A stretch of 64,000 nt of DNA from Octopus vulgaris (GCA_951406725.2 OX597828.1:18104001-18168000); one strand, 5' to 3'; counted from the stretch's first letter, positions 1-13,846 are shown. The notes: a model not told the origin generated them from the sequence alone. Translations and numbers: made by a program.

Positions 1-2956
1 TATATTTCACTTAGATATTGCAAAACTAATAGCTTAGCGTCGAACTCAATATACGTATCTATAAGAGCAAACTGTTCGACGAGTATAGAGTGGTGATGAG
101 GAAAAGAGATCACACAGTAACGTATCTTTATTTTCTTCCCCAATGTATTTCACTTCATATTCGATGCTTCGATGAAGCCGCGCGACGCTACGCAGACATT
201 AACCTAGGAATAAACCGCATCTTATAACAGAAACAGCTGTTCAAAACATAACCATCGATTTTCCTGTCATCTCTTTTTCTTATACATACATACATACATG
301 CATACATACATAAATACATACATACACACACATATATATAAGAAAAAAAAACAACAATGCTAGGATGTGGTACATGCAAAGTATTAATAAGACGCTCAGG
401 AAAAAGAAGAAAAGCTGTTTTACGTTTCGAGCAAAGTTTTTCTTCAGAAATAGGTGACAGAAGGAAGTCCAAAAGAAATCAGAAGAAAAAAAAAATCGCC
501 AACAATCCACATGTAGTTATACATGCACACACACACGCACACGCACGCGCACACACACACACACACACACACACTCACATACAGTTATATACACATATAT
601 ACACAGACTAACACACGTGCCTTCTGCGCATGTTAATTACTGTGAAAGAAAAATGGTGTTTTATGCATCTTGGATCCGGCTTTGTTCAGCGGACCCTTTT
701 GGTCAACTTCACTCGTAACTGTAGGAGATTGACCGAAAATCGACCATACGAAATCAAACTTTATAGTCTAAACCCCCTACTTTTCTGATAGAAGTTAATC
801 TATTTATGATTCATCAATCCTTCCAGCATAAAGTCGCGATAAGCACTTATGGCTGTTGCACCATAAATGTATGCAAAAAAAAAATTCTTCAAACACTTAC
901 CTTTAATGATAAGTTCCTTTACATCGGATCCTATAATAAAGGTTTGCTTATATCCCATACTAATTCCCTTCACCATTTTCTCATACCTGCAATTTCCAAT
1001 CATCGTGAAGACCAGAGTTTGATGGGTCCTGGCAGATTAAATTGCTACGTTATTCTATCACGTGATAATTAGCTTATTTTTAATTTGCCCTTTGAATACT
1101 TGTGTTCGTAAGCGTCCTGTTTGTAGCACATACCGTTATGTAATGTTCGTTCAACTCATTTTAGTATAGTGATCCATTTCAGCTGACAATCATAGGTTTA
1201 TATGGCGTAAACATAATATGCTAGATTCCTTTATTATCCGTCCTGTAATCATAGTCTTTACGTGAGGTTTTGTGTGCATTTGTGAATGTATAGTATTATA
1301 CATGATTGCGTATGAACGTTTGTGATTGTATATCAGTGTATGTAGGTATGTAATTGCATATATGAGTCTGTGACTGAGTATTAATGTATATAATACGCAT
1401 GTATTGTCAATGAACGACTATAGCAATGTGCGTAAATGAGTTTCTACGTTTTTATTTATCTGGTTACTGTAAGACAAATTAAGGATTAGTGCCAAATGAA
1501 AAAAGAAAAGAAAAAGAAAAGAAAAAAAAAAGGTTGAATGCTGTAGTTATTATCACGAGTGGATATAATTTAAAACTAATCAAATAACACTTAGAGCGAA
1601 CAGGGAATATAATACTGTTAAACATTATCTGAAATGTTCTTATTTAAATATACTAAGAAGATTTGAGGAAATAAATTAATTTGCTTTCGTTTCTGAATGA
1701 TATAAGTAAATTAAGTTTATAAGAAATAATAAAACTGTCTTTCGGTATTGGCCAATATAATGAGAGCGAATGAGGAAAGTTTTAAATTTCTTACACAGCT
1801 TTATAGATAAAGGCCTCATTATGAGACAAAGTCTTGTTTGTCTTAGCATGTTATTAATCAATCCATTAATCAATCAATGAAGAAAGAAAGAAAGAAAGAA
1901 AGAAATGAAGAAAGAGGGGAAAATAAAAGAAAGGAAATATATAAAGTTCTAACAGCGATTGAAGAGTTGACAGAAACTATAGACTGAAGAATTAAACGCT
2001 TTGTAGAATTGCCATTTGGATTCGTGTTGGGTTTTTTTTTCCTGTCTTTTCTGTTCTGATTTCCATTCATACCGAAGTAGAATTTTGGTCCGTAATTCAT
2101 TTCCTATGCTAAGTACTTGAAAAGTATCTCCATCGATTTTTGTTGTAGATATTGGCGATAAGATATTTCTCTGCTCGCAGTAAGTTGCTTTATGTCTTTT
2201 CGAAAGACATTATTAATTAATTTATTTATTTATCAACGTATGAATAAACTAGAAACAGATATGCAATAAAGAAGATAAAAAAAAGGAAACGATATCCATC
2301 AATGACACACCTTATTTACTTATTCCCCAAAATTAAGGCGCAACCACACCAGACATGCCTCGGTATTATTCTGACCACATCAGTGAAATATAACTTTTAC
2401 TTTGCTTGTCGAAGTAGTGATGTAAAAGGAACTGCTAACAGAATGTAGATATAAGTTACACAGAAGTTATTTTGTTTCAAGTTTATTGTATTTGTTACAC
2501 GGTTCGACATGTGATTAACACTCCAGTACTTCAAAAGAATATTATTCTAAGCCATGAAGAAATTTAGTTATTTGATATCAACACGGGCTGTCGACAAAAC
2601 ACTCCTAAATAAACAGCGATACTGTTGTTTATAGCTTTAAGATAGGTGGGGTGTTTTTACCGAATGCGTAGGACATTTTTTATCGCTTAGTTAGATGTTG
2701 GTAGGGGTACTCGTGGCACTTTACAGGGTCACTGAGAGTGGTGGATGGAAGAGATGGAGGAAGAAAAATAAACTTAAACCAGATACGATGCTGAAATGCA
2801 TGCACATGACAGACATTTGACAAAGGTAACCAAGATACAACTGGTAATGTTGAAGCAGGAGACCAATTAAATCTACCCTTCATATAGGCTACGGTGGAAT
2901 TCGAACTCAGAACACAAAAAGACGGAACAAACACTGCAAGGAAGCCCATCTCTAAT

Positions 2957-3301
2957 GATTCCATCGGTGAATCATCATAGACTGGGACTTTATTTATCGA
3001 CCCTGGAAAGATAAAAGACAACGTTGACCACAGCGTGAACTGAACTCAGAATGCTAGAAGAAATATCGAACGATTCCATCAGTCAATCATCATAGACTGG
3101 GACTTTATTTATCGACTCTGGAAAGATAAAAGACAACGTTGACCACAGCGTGAATTGAACTCAGAATGCTAGAAGAAATATCGAACGATTCCATCGGTCA
3201 ATCATCATAGACTGGGACTTTATTTATCGACTCTGTAAAGATAAAAGACAACGTTGACCACAGCGTGAATTGAACTCAGAATGCTAGAAGAAATATCGAA
3301 C
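2957..3301 (-). repeat. Tandem triplication of a 115-bp unit derived from an old SINE family A copy
   Basis: Units start at 2957, 3072 and 3187 (GATTCCATC.GT.AATCATCATAGACTGGGACTTTATTTATCGAC...GAAATATCGAAC) and are nearly identical; they contain the reverse-strand family A motif TTTATCGAC.C.G.AAAG.TAAAAGACAA and TGAACTCAGAA. Confidence 0.9.
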
Positions 3302-4260
3302 AGTATTTTGTCCAACGCTCTACCGCTTCTGCAATTACACTATGAACTTGATAATTTATAACGTCTTAATACTTCTTGCAATTTACTATGAAACGCCCTG
3401 AATTTAATAAGACAATGAATGTGCGTGACGATCCATCATATAACAAACATAACGAGGCTCCAACGAATAAGAAAAAAAAAGATGTGATACACTCGCTCGC
3501 CATTTAATAATATCCAAAAAAAGCATCATTTGTTTCATTACGTATAAATTACACTGGTACATTTATCAGATGATATCAATATTATTTAGATTTCAATAAT
3601 GTTAAATAATGATTATAAATTGATCGGTGTTGTATGTGTTCTTATTCATAAAAATAGACAACGAAATTGAAATTTACCCGAAAATAGATAGACTAGACAG
3701 TCATTACACAATTTGTTTTTAGTCAGAAAGTCAATAGAAGATGCTACCTCTGTCTTTCTTCTTACCTCCCTTTGCTCCCGTCTCTTTCTCTCGAACTCGT
3801 CTTCTCTCTATTATCTATCTATCTATCATTCTATCTATCTCTTAGTCGTTCTGTCTCTTTACACATTTTTCTCTATCGTTCCATTTGTTTATCTCTGTCT
3901 TTCTCTACTAATAATTTCTTTGCCTGTGTGTCGGCCTGAATGTGTTTCTAAGTTTGTTGCCGATGTGTAATTCAATCTCTCACTTTTTTCTACGTCTCCC
4001 GCTTTTTATCTGTCTACACATGTCTGTCGCCGTCTGTTTCCACGTCCTGTCTGTCAGTTTGTCTGTATAGCTGTTTGTCTCTACGTCTGTGTCGTTCAAT
4101 GTTTATTATAAGGCCCGTGTTTCAATAACTCTATTTCTGTCTAACTGTTTAAACCGTCCATCCGTCTGTCTCGTTGATCATGGATGGATATGTTGACCCA
4201 TGTTTCTAGTAGATATATCCAGTCTCCTTCCATTTGATTTGCCTCCGTGTTCCTAGCTCG

Positions 4261-4365
<105 letters not shown>

Positions 4366-4431
4366 TGTATGTATGTATATATATATATCCATCTTTGGAT
4401 CTCTCGTCTTCTTTCTCTCTGTCATATCTAT

Positions 4432-4482
<51 letters not shown>

Positions 4483-4521
4483 AAAAGAGAGAGAAAGAGA
4501 GAGAGAGAGAAAGAGAGAGAA

Positions 4522-4569
<48 letters not shown>

Positions 4570-5270
4570 GCATGCAGGAATACACACACACACACACACA
4601 CACATTCATTCGTCTGTGTTAACTACATGACAAAGATAGAACCTTGTAGACATACATACATACATACATACATACATACATACATACATACATACATACA
4701 TACGTACGTATATACATACATACATATATATACATACATACATACATACATACATTCATACATACATCATTGGACTGTTTACTGTCTATATGTTTGTCTG
4801 CACCTCTGTTGGTTATACATTTTCCTTCACCTCGCGTGCTTCCTCTATATCTATCTCTTTCTCTCCCTATCTCTCCCCCTCTCCTAACCCCTCCGCCTTA
4901 TATCTACATCTCTCACATCTAACATTATCAAACAAAAAACAAATGTCCACTTAACTAATTTACTACGAAACCAGGAAGTCATAAACTAATACTTTCCTGC
5001 AACAATAAATTAGTCACGAACATATTCAATGCAGTAAACCACGAAATGAAAACAAAATTTTGTCTATATTATTAACCGTAGTGTAAAAAGAAAATGGGAC
5101 AGTGTAGACAACCCAGATATTAAAATTCATAAAAACGTTCGTTAAATATAGCATGGTGTTGAGAATGAATCTAAATTTTCTCAGTTATGTTAAAAATACG
5201 GATAAATTCCGTTCTTATGAAACCTCATTAAGTGAGCATTGTCTTTGAATAATCCTTTATTTTATTTCTT

Positions 5271-5443
5271 TTTCACAAGGCCAGCAATTGTGATGGTTGC
5301 GTATGTCGATTGCCACGACATTTCTTTTTAATGGCACTTTTTGTATTGAACCATGCCGAATTTGAACTCAGAACGTAAAGACGAAAGAAATACTGCTTAG
5401 CGTTTTGCCCGGCGTGTTAATTATTCTGCAAATTCGCCGCCTT
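5271..5443 (-). mobile_element. SINE family A, degenerate copy
   Basis: GAATTTGAACTCAGAACGTAAAGACG...TTCGCCGCC is the reverse complement of the family A head. Confidence 0.75.
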
Positions 5444-5474
5444 TCATTAACCTTTCGATAATGCTTCCAAATTC

Positions 5475-5907
5475 AGGCGGCGATCTGGCAGAAACGTCAG
5501 CACGCTGGGCGAAATGCTTAACAGTATTTCGTCAGCTGTTACGTTCTGAGTTCAAATTCTGCCGATGTCGACTTTGCCTTACATCCTGTCGGGGTAGATA
5601 AATTAAGCACCAGTTAAGCACTGGGGTCAATGTAATCGACTTAATCCCTTTGTCTGTCCTTGTTTGTCCCCTCTATGCTTAGCCCCTTGTGGCCAATAAA
5701 GAAATAAGAAACGTTGGCACACTGGGTGAAATGCTCAGCAGTATTTCGTCTGTCTTTACGTTCTGAGTTCAAATTCCGCCCAGGTCGACTTTGCCTTTCA
5801 TCTTTTCGGGGTCGATGAATTAAGTACCAGTTGCATACTGGGGTCGATCAAATCGACTGGCCCACTTACTCAAAATTTCGGGCCTTGTGTCTTGAGTAGA
5901 AAAGAAT
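5475..5907 (+). mobile_element. SINE family A, dimeric copy
   Basis: Head GGCGGCGA.CTGGCAGAAACG, B-box-like GAGTTCAAATTC, central GACTTTGCCTTTCATC.TTTCGGGGTCGAT.AATTAAGTACCAG; the body occurs twice. Confidence 0.9.
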
Positions 5908-5914
5908 AATTCTT

Positions 5915-6124
5915 TCAAATTTGGGAACAGGGCCAGCAATTTTGTAGGGATGGAGAAGTGTAGTACACCGACCCAGTACCTAACCGGTAGTTATCTTATC
6001 GAACGCAAAAGGCTGACACGTAAAATCCACCTCGGTCGAACTTGAAATTACAAATGTAACGAGAGAAGAAATGCCTTCAAGCAATTTGTCCGGTGTGATA
6101 ATGTTCCTTTCAGCCGGCCGCCTT
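5915..6124 (-). mobile_element. SINE family A, highly degenerate copy
   Basis: Diverged reverse-strand motifs (GACCCAGTAC, TTATCGAAC.C.AAAGG, CCGCCTT). Confidence 0.55.
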
Positions 6125-6560
6125 TCATTATCAATTAATTATACTTACTCCTAGAGCTAATATGACAATAAAAGATAATAAGCGGGATAGTGAAAAACCA
6201 GGTATGCTCTCTACAAAGAAGACGTATGAGTGAAGTCGTCCATGGTTTCAAATTTTATAACAGAACGCTAATAAAATTCACTTGATTAAAATTTCAGTTA
6301 ATGAGAAGAAAAGAACTTTATGCAAATGCAGTGGGTGGGAATATATTTTAGTAATCTTTAATTAACGAAAATGTATAAGGCGTAGAAAAATATGGGGAAT
6401 TAACATAATGGTTAGAAAGATGCAAAGAATACTTTGTGGTATTTGCTAAAGATTGTCAGCCGATTGAGTTTAAATCCCACCGAAATAAACTTTGATTTTC
6501 CATTTTTCTTCTGTGATATTTTGAGAATTACTTTAACGGGTCATATGTATGTCTGTAGTG

Positions 6561-6705
6561 AGGACGCATCAACTAGTGGTTAGAATGCTGCATCAGCGAT
6601 TAGCAAAAGCACCTAAGCTCCACGAGTCCCCGGCGGGGGGAGGGTGGTGAACCCCACTGTACTCTTTCACCACAACTTTCTCTCACTCTTACTTCCTACT
6701 TCTGC
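6561..6705 (+). mobile_element. SINE family B fragment with an internal deletion
   Basis: CACCTAAGCTCCACGAG...CTGTACTCTTTCACCACAACTTTCTCTCACTCTTACTTCC is shared with the copy at 40522. Confidence 0.75.
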
Positions 6706-7039
6706 CACAAAGCAGAGGAACGATGGTGTAACCCGCTATGGTGTGGTAAACTTTCAGGCTCTAGTTTAGATTGCGAATCCTCTGTACCCCAGGATGGTTC
6801 AGCTCTCCACCCGTTAAAATACACCGTTTACGGAATGAGGATAACAACGTAGCTTTCGCGCCCGTGCAATCGCCAGTCAATCGCGTATGGTAGGTGGAAC
6901 TTCAAGTTGCCACACGCATTCTTAGTAGCTTAGAGTAGGCTCGAATTAGAGGTTATTCTTTGTGGCTAATGCCGTGGGTCCTGATTGGAAGAAGAAGGAG
7001 CCTCAGCGGTTGCAAGATCCTGGTTTCAATTCCATTCAA

Positions 7040-7580
7040 AATTGCAAATTGTGGTTTCAGTTCCCGGATGGCGGGTTGTGATCTCGAGCCAGACACCTTA
7101 TTTCACGACGCTCTGTGATCACTGCGACACCTGGCGTGTAATGCAACGTACATCGTACTAAGCAACGTCGATCTGTCGGAGGGAGTGAGCTAATGTACGT
7201 TACATACATTTGATCATTATACACAAATCATTTGTGCAGGCTGATCTGATATCTACTTTGATAAATTCTCGACGTGTTAAAAGTGCCATGTTTTAAAGCT
7301 ATATGGATTGAGGTCTCATGACCCTGTGGTTAGGGTGTTCCACTAATGATCACGAAATCAGAGTTTCAATTCCTGGGCTAGGTGAGGTGTTTTGTTCTAA
7401 GGACATAACACATCACCCAGCCCAGGAATTGAAACTTCATATCACATTATTCTGCGAGTACTTCAACACCTGATGTGTGTAAACCGTACACCTGTTCAGA
7501 CAACATTAATTTCCCAATGGGGGTGAGTACATACATTTAGTCACTACAAAGAAAACCATTTATGCAGATTGTTCTGTAAG
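7040..7580 (+). mobile_element. Two degenerate copies of a further tRNA-derived SINE (family E)
   Basis: 7040-7250 and 7311-7580 share GTTTCA.TTCC.GG, CTGTGATCAC/CTGCGAGTAC, CACCTG and (CA)TTT.TGCAG; A-box-like CCTGTGGTTAGGG at about 7323. Confidence 0.5.
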
Positions 7581-7807
7581 AAATTGTACACCCATATTTC
7601 TTAGACTAAGAGACACTACCAACATTACCAGATGTGTCTGTATGACATATACAGCATCTCCCACAGTAATTCAAAGATGGGCAATTCAGTTGATAGCCCA
7701 GTAGCATTTTCCACAACGTCGTACGACGAAGATTTCCCCCTTCCCATTATGCGTTTATATGTATGTGTGTGAGTGGTTGCGAGCCTTTTGTGTGCGCACG
7801 CATCTCA

Positions 7808-8020
7808 GTTTCAAATTTTGGCACAAAGCCAGCAATTACGGAGAAGGGAGTAAGTCGACCACATCGAACTCAGTATTCACCTAGTACTTATTTTATCGAA
7901 CCAGAAGTGATATATGGCAAGGTCGACTCCAGTAGCATTTGAACTCAGACCGTAAAATCAGAGGAAATGCTACTAGGCATTTTACCCGATGCGGTTATGA
8001 TTCGGCCAGCTTGCTGCCTT
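7808..8020 (-). mobile_element. SINE family A, degenerate copy
   Basis: TTTTGGCACAAAGCCAGCAA...TACTTATTTTATCGA...TTTGAACTCAGA...CCAGCTTGCTGCCTT. Confidence 0.7.
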
Positions 8021-8266
8021 GTTAGTTCATACATGAACTTATGAGCAGCGAATCTCGGTACTTAATACCCCAAGGAATACAATTTGAAATGTCAAAGCCA
8101 TATGAGTGAATCCGGGTGTGTGTATAAATATATATATATAATGTACAAAATGTATAAATAGACTATGAGTAAAGCACCGGCTGTTTCGATTACCTGTTGC
8201 TATCCGTAGGTTTATTGCAGGAACTTCGTAGTGGCGTTTGGTGTAACAGTATTAATAAAATAGATG

Positions 8267-8267
<1 letters not shown>

Positions 8268-8345
<78 letters not shown>

Positions 8346-8376
8346 TGTTTGTGCGTGTGTATGTGTGCGTGTGTGC
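8268..8376. repeat. (GT)n microsatellite
   Basis: Direct inspection. Confidence 0.97.
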
Positions 8377-8725
8377 CTGCTAAAATGAAATGATAAGCCC
8401 ACATATAACATTCAAAGGTACATCTTTTTTACTCCGATGAAATTATACTCAAGTCACATAAATGTAAATTTAATGAAGAAATTTGTAATTAAATTATTGC
8501 GTATTAATGGAAACGGCTGTAAGAAAAGTAGATGATATATTTGTTGTTAATGATAAACAATTATTAACTTCCTAATGTCCATTTTCTATCTTTCTGAGGA
8601 GAGACATTCTGTTTTAATGCCTAATTAAATCTTTAACTTGTATATATATATATATATATATAATGTCAATTTTCTATCCTTCTGGCTAGAGTCATTCTAT
8701 TTTAATCCCTTATTAAATCTTCAAC

Positions 8726-8801
<76 letters not shown>

Positions 8802-8844
8802 CCCATTTTCAGGGAAATGAATTCATGCAAGTAGCCCCTGATGG

Positions 8845-9160
8845 ACGACTTGGTCAAGTGTCTTCTACTATAGCCTCGGCCCGACCAAAGGCTGAGGAGT
8901 GAGTTTGGTAGGCGGAAACTGAATGAAGCCCGTCGTACACGTATATGTGTGTATGTGTGTGTCTTTGGGTCTCTGTCCCTATCATCCGACTGCGAGTATT
9001 AGTGTGTTTACCACTCTGTGACTTAGTGGTTCGCAAAAGTGATGGATAGAATAAGTACCAAACTTTTAAATAGATCGTACTAGAATGGATTCGTTCGACT
9101 AAAATTCTTCATTTTGCTACCCCAGGACGGCCGCTGTCTAACTAGCGAAACGTGTACAGA
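8845..9160 (+). mobile_element. SINE family C, 5'-truncated degenerate copy
   Basis: CAAGTGTCTTCTACTATAGCCTCGG.CCGACCAAAG...GAAGCCCGTCGTA, GATAGAATAAGTAC. Confidence 0.75.
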
Positions 9161-9799
9161 AAAAATAACTGTAATGTTCCTGATTTTTTTTTCTTCGTTA
9201 TACATTATCTCTTTCCCTCATTTTTTTTTACGGCAATAAATTAAGATTCAAAACACTTTACTGCCGTTTCTAATCAAGGCCAACGACCACTTATAGATTT
9301 CCTTAATACATTAGAGTTTGGGGTGAGCATAGTAAATCGAGATATGAAATGGGGTGAGTGTAGCTTATGACTTCCACTGATGTTATTTGTGATGTCAGTA
9401 AAATGCCTAGTGAACGCACTCGTATTTTTATTTATTTATTTATTTATCTATTTATTTATTTCAGCTCTCGCCACTATGTTTCCATGCATTCAATGAAAAC
9501 GTTGCCTGTGAATGAATAATGTAAAGATAGGAAAGAGACCAGGGGAAAAATAAATATCTTTCTATTTATGTAATAGCTATCTAGTTTTCACGTTCGTATT
9601 CATGCTATAGAGGCCTATACACGAAGCTGTCATGTAACAATATGTTAGTAATATATTAGCAATATATAATGCTCCCACACTCTATCTTGAAAGACAAGCA
9701 ATTGTTTCGATTCGGCAAACCTGCGTATTCTCGCATATATCAACGCATGTAGGTCACTCAAACGCAAGTATTCATGTTCATCACGCTCTCTATCTCTCT

Positions 9800-9831
<32 letters not shown>

Positions 9832-9984
9832 TTCCTTCTGTGCACATACACACACACACACATACACACACATATATATGTACACCCACACAGTGTTCGA
9901 GCTAAATTTGAGAGTTTGCATAAAAGGGAAAGAAAACACAATACTCCATCAAAAAAACAAGAGTATTTTAAAAGATCAAAAATG

Positions 9985-10640
9985 ACCGACTTGGTTATGG
10001 TTGGGAGATTACAGATTACTCAAAGTCGCTGCCGTCAGCTTCCACCGCGGTTTCAGAACTGTTCCGGAAGCATCGAACACCTCCTTGACCCTGGCAATCA
10101 GCCCATCCTTGGTGTTGCAAGTTGAAAGGTTGGTATTCGTCTCAATCACGCCGCTCACGACATTACAATCAAGGAAACCAGAAAGTGATGATGCCGTAGC
10201 CGTAGAAAATCTCCGAGAACCACTTCTGACTCCTTTCCGGAGGTATGCTAAGGAACCGATTTCTATAGTCACACATATGGCTTTTCAGCAGCAACCACAA
10301 CTCGGCCAAGGTTTGACCAATCAGTCTCCAGCAGCTCCACATAACGGCCTGAATTGAGCCTAAGGCCCTTTAAAAAAATTTTGTGGGGGGGGGGGGGTTT
10401 AAAACTGGCGTGCGGACGCAGTCAGAACGCCTGCTGTGTCTCTTCCTGCTGGCCATGGTTTGTAGTCATCTGTTGAGTCCCCTTCTGCAGTGCAGTTTCC
10501 TTCAACCGCATCGAATCACTCACCTACAGTTGTTAAAGTCATGTATTGAAATGATTAAAATGATGATCATGGGACACACCTCCAACAACTTGGTTGCGAA
10601 CGAATCCTTTTGTCACGATATCAATAGGTGCACTTTTCTT
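9985..10640 (-). pseudogene. Decayed Tc1/mariner-superfamily transposase remnant, maT/DD37D-like
   Basis: Minus-strand frames give RKRHSRRSDCVRTP, GLRLNSGRYVELLE, LDCNVVSGVIETNTNLSTCNTKDGLIARVKEVF and FRNSSETAVEADGSDFE*, resembling the C-terminal part of maT/Bmmar1-type transposases; frameshifted and internally deleted. Confidence 0.65.
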
Positions 10641-10653
10641 TAAATATGTAAAT

Positions 10654-10689
<36 letters not shown>

Positions 10690-10798
10690 CGTCCCACCCA
10701 GGGACGATTTCTTTTTAATGGCGGTGCCCCAGCATGGCCACAGTTTGTGAGCTGAAACTAGATAAAATGATAAAGTGATAAAATATATATATATGTGT

Positions 10799-10845
<47 letters not shown>

Positions 10846-10864
10846 CGTATGTGTGTGTGTGTGT

Positions 10865-11155
10865 ATACTCTTTTACTCTTTTACTTGTTTCAATCATTTG
10901 ACAGCAGCCGTGCTGGAGCATCGCCTTTAGTGGAGCAAGTCGACCCCAGGACTTATTCTTTGTAAGCCTAGTACTTATTATATCGGTCCCTTGTGCCGAA
11001 CCGCTAAGTTATGGGGCGTAAACTCTTCAGCATTAGTTGTCAAGCGATGCTGGGGGGACAAACACAGGCACACAAACACATACACACATATATATATACA
11101 CATATACGACGGGCTTCTTTCAGTTTCCGTCTACCAACTCCACTCACAAGACTTT
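10865..11155 (-). mobile_element. SINE family C, 5'-truncated (a short extra 3' fragment lies at 10716-10780)
   Basis: CTCTTTTACTCTTTTACTTGTTTC...GCTGGAGCA.CGCCTTTAGT...GACGGGCTTCTTTCAGTTTCCGTCTACC. Confidence 0.85.
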
Positions 11156-11371
11156 AATGTAGCTTAAAATATGGCGCCTAAATATAGGGTTTAAAAGTAT
11201 TTCTTCGATCAAAAATCCAAAACGTGTTCACTTTTTAAAGCCAAGGTTTTATTTTAAGCTAATATTCTCCGTGCCAATATCTACAGCTTTATCTACTTCG
11301 AGTGCCACTGTTTAGAAACGATTTATTTAATCTCTCGACGTTTCTAACTTCTGGCGTCGTAAACAATATTC

Positions 11372-11388
11372 ATAGATAGATAGGTAGG

Positions 11389-11451
<63 letters not shown>

Positions 11452-11455
11452 GTAA

Positions 11456-11486
<31 letters not shown>

Positions 11487-11490
11487 TTTC

Positions 11491-11541
<51 letters not shown>
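11372..11541. repeat. (GATA)n microsatellite
   Basis: Direct inspection. Confidence 0.97.
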
Positions 11542-11543
<2 letters not shown>

Positions 11544-13101
11544 GGTGTATGCATGTGAGTGTATGTGTGTGTGTGTGTGTGTGTGCGTGTGCGTGTGCGT
11601 GTGTGAGTGTGCCACTGCACATGGAGTGTGCTGTAGTATTTAAATATTCATGAACACAGACCAAATCTGAATGCAAGGCCATATACGAATTCGGAGCATC
11701 GAAACGCCATGATGTTACCTCAGTTGGAAAATATAAATTTTAACCAGTTGATAAGACAAGTAATTCGTATTATAAGGAACACAATAGATGTTCGAATCAC
11801 GTCAGTGAATCTTTCATATACGACATAAAATAACGTCTCGGATACAATCAATCTTGGAATAATCTATACGCTATATGATCCAGAATAATCTTAACATTGA
11901 TATGGGATGATACAAGCTGTATGGCTTGTCATACACTAAATCAACTGCCCTGTTCTGTCTTCTCACATAACAATCAGTAAAGAATCTAAAATTCAAGAAG
12001 ATAGCAGGACGTCAGATGAATATTCCGAGATATTTTTGCATTTGCTTGCAAAACTATTGGTTATGAAATACTTAAGATGACGTGCAAACGATTGTGTATT
12101 ACGTCAATCCATAACAGATAGAGATTCATGGAATGGGGTGAGGAATTGAGGGGGCTCTGAATAAGCCGATTAGTTACGTGTTGCCATGTTCTGAGTTCAA
12201 ATTCTGTTTAGCTCGATCTTATGTTTTATCTCGGAGAGGATCAATTAAAAAAAGTGCTATCAATCATCTTTAATCAAACATGTGGACCGAAGTCACCTTT
12301 AGAAACTACTGTTATTTGACATGTGTAGAAGGGAGCACTTAGATACTTAGCGGCATTTTATCCCGGCTTCTGTTCTGAGTTCAAACTCCTCCAAGATTGA
12401 CTTTGCCTTACATCAATTCGAGATCTATAGAATGAAGTACCATTCAAATACAGCGGTCGAAATATCGCATGTACATTAAACTATTAATTTATGGTATCTA
12501 AGACCCAACCATATTAGTTTGACACCGCGTTCTCTATGTGCTCTTAATGTGATGCTGAATGCAGAATTATTTTGTTTGGGAGCTGAGTAGTCCTCACAAT
12601 GGTTGCACTCTGTTTACGCGAAGGAGCTGTGGCACGGTTGAGCCACAACTATTGACTCCAAACCGATGGATCGCACGACAGTTTTGTTTCCAAGTGCTTC
12701 CTTGCCAATCCACCCAGCTTACCACGTTGTTTCTTTCATGTAGATTTCTCTCATGTGGTGCTATTGAGCGCTCCCACAGGCTTAATTTATCACATAGATG
12801 TAGTTCCTATGTTTAATGACTGGACAGCATAGTAGCGGTAGCGCTGCAAAGGAGAATATATCCACTGAGAGCTTTTTGGTACGTTATAAAAATCACATAC
12901 CCGCCACCCACTTTTCCACAACAAGGTTAACGCCTGGAATTTTCCAAACAGACGCATGGTATGACATTTAGTCGAGTCAGCCCTTCATTTACTATACATA
13001 TGTTTCCTCGTCGATGCTGCACTGTCTCGTATCACAACTTTCAAGTTAGTTGTATATGCAAAATGTGTCATTTAAATATTGTATATATTTAAACCACATA
13101 T

Positions 13102-13307
13102 ACTCTTTTACTAGTTTCACTCATTTGACTGCGGCCTGCTGGAGCACTGCCTTTCGTCAAGCAAATCGACCCCAGGACTTATTTTTTGTAAACCTAGTAC
13201 TTATTCAATCAGTCTCTTTTGCCGAACAGCTAAGTTACGGGGACGTAAACACAACAGCATCGGTTGTCAAGCGATGTTGGGGGACAAACACAGACACACA
13301 AACATAT

Positions 13308-13393
<86 letters not shown>

Positions 13394-13552
13394 GACGGGC
13401 TTCTTTCAGTTTCCATCTACCAAATTCATTCACAAGGCTTTGGTCGACCCGAGGCTATAGTAGAAGACACTTGCCCAAGGTGCCAGGCAGTGCGACTGAA
13501 CCCGGAACCATGTGGTTCGTAAGCGAGCTACTTACCACACAGCCACTCCTGC
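13102..13552 (-). mobile_element. SINE family C, full length, with internal (TA)n/(CA)n tract
   Basis: Complete reverse-complement copy from the CTCTTTTAC tail to the CACACAGCCACTCCTGC head; CATATA occurs on both flanks. Confidence 0.92.
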
Positions 13553-13577
13553 ACCATATACAAACTATGTCATTTAA

Positions 13578-13607
13578 ATCTCCAGCAATGCCGGGCATTT
13601 CTGCTAG
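13578..13607 (+). mobile_element. Helitron-like 3' terminus (5' end not located)
   Basis: CCAGCAATGCCGGG hairpin, then CTGCTAG|T; same terminus as the element ending at 63467. Confidence 0.6.
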
Positions 13608-13616
13608 TAATTATTA

Positions 13617-13827
13617 AGGTGGCGAACTGGCAGAATCGTTAGCACGCCCGGCAAGATGCTTAGCGGCATTTCATTTGTCTTTAAGTTCTGAATTCAACTT
13701 CCACCGACGTCGACTTTGCATGTCATCCTTTCTGGGTCGATAAAATAAGTACCAGTCGAACACTGGGGGTCGATGTAATAGACTTAACCTCTCCCCTAAA
13801 ATTGTTGGCCCTGCGCCAAAATTTAAA
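13617..13827 (+). mobile_element. SINE family A monomer
   Basis: AGGTGGCGAACTGGCAGAATCGTTAGCACGCC...GGGTCGATAAAATAAGTACCAG. Confidence 0.88.
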
Positions 13828-13846
13828 ATTATTATTATTATTATTG

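Noticed and set aside
697-739. Hairpin TTTTGGTCAACTTC...GGAGATTGACCGAAAA
   Set aside because: Only about 14 bp with G.U pairs and a bulge; too short for a pre-miRNA and no other support
2957-3301. CRISPR-like regular repeats
   Set aside because: Whole units repeat with no unique spacers; SINE-derived, in a eukaryotic context
8574-8760. Diverged direct duplication of about 90 bp including a TA tract
   Set aside because: Real but ordinary local tandem duplication with no further structure
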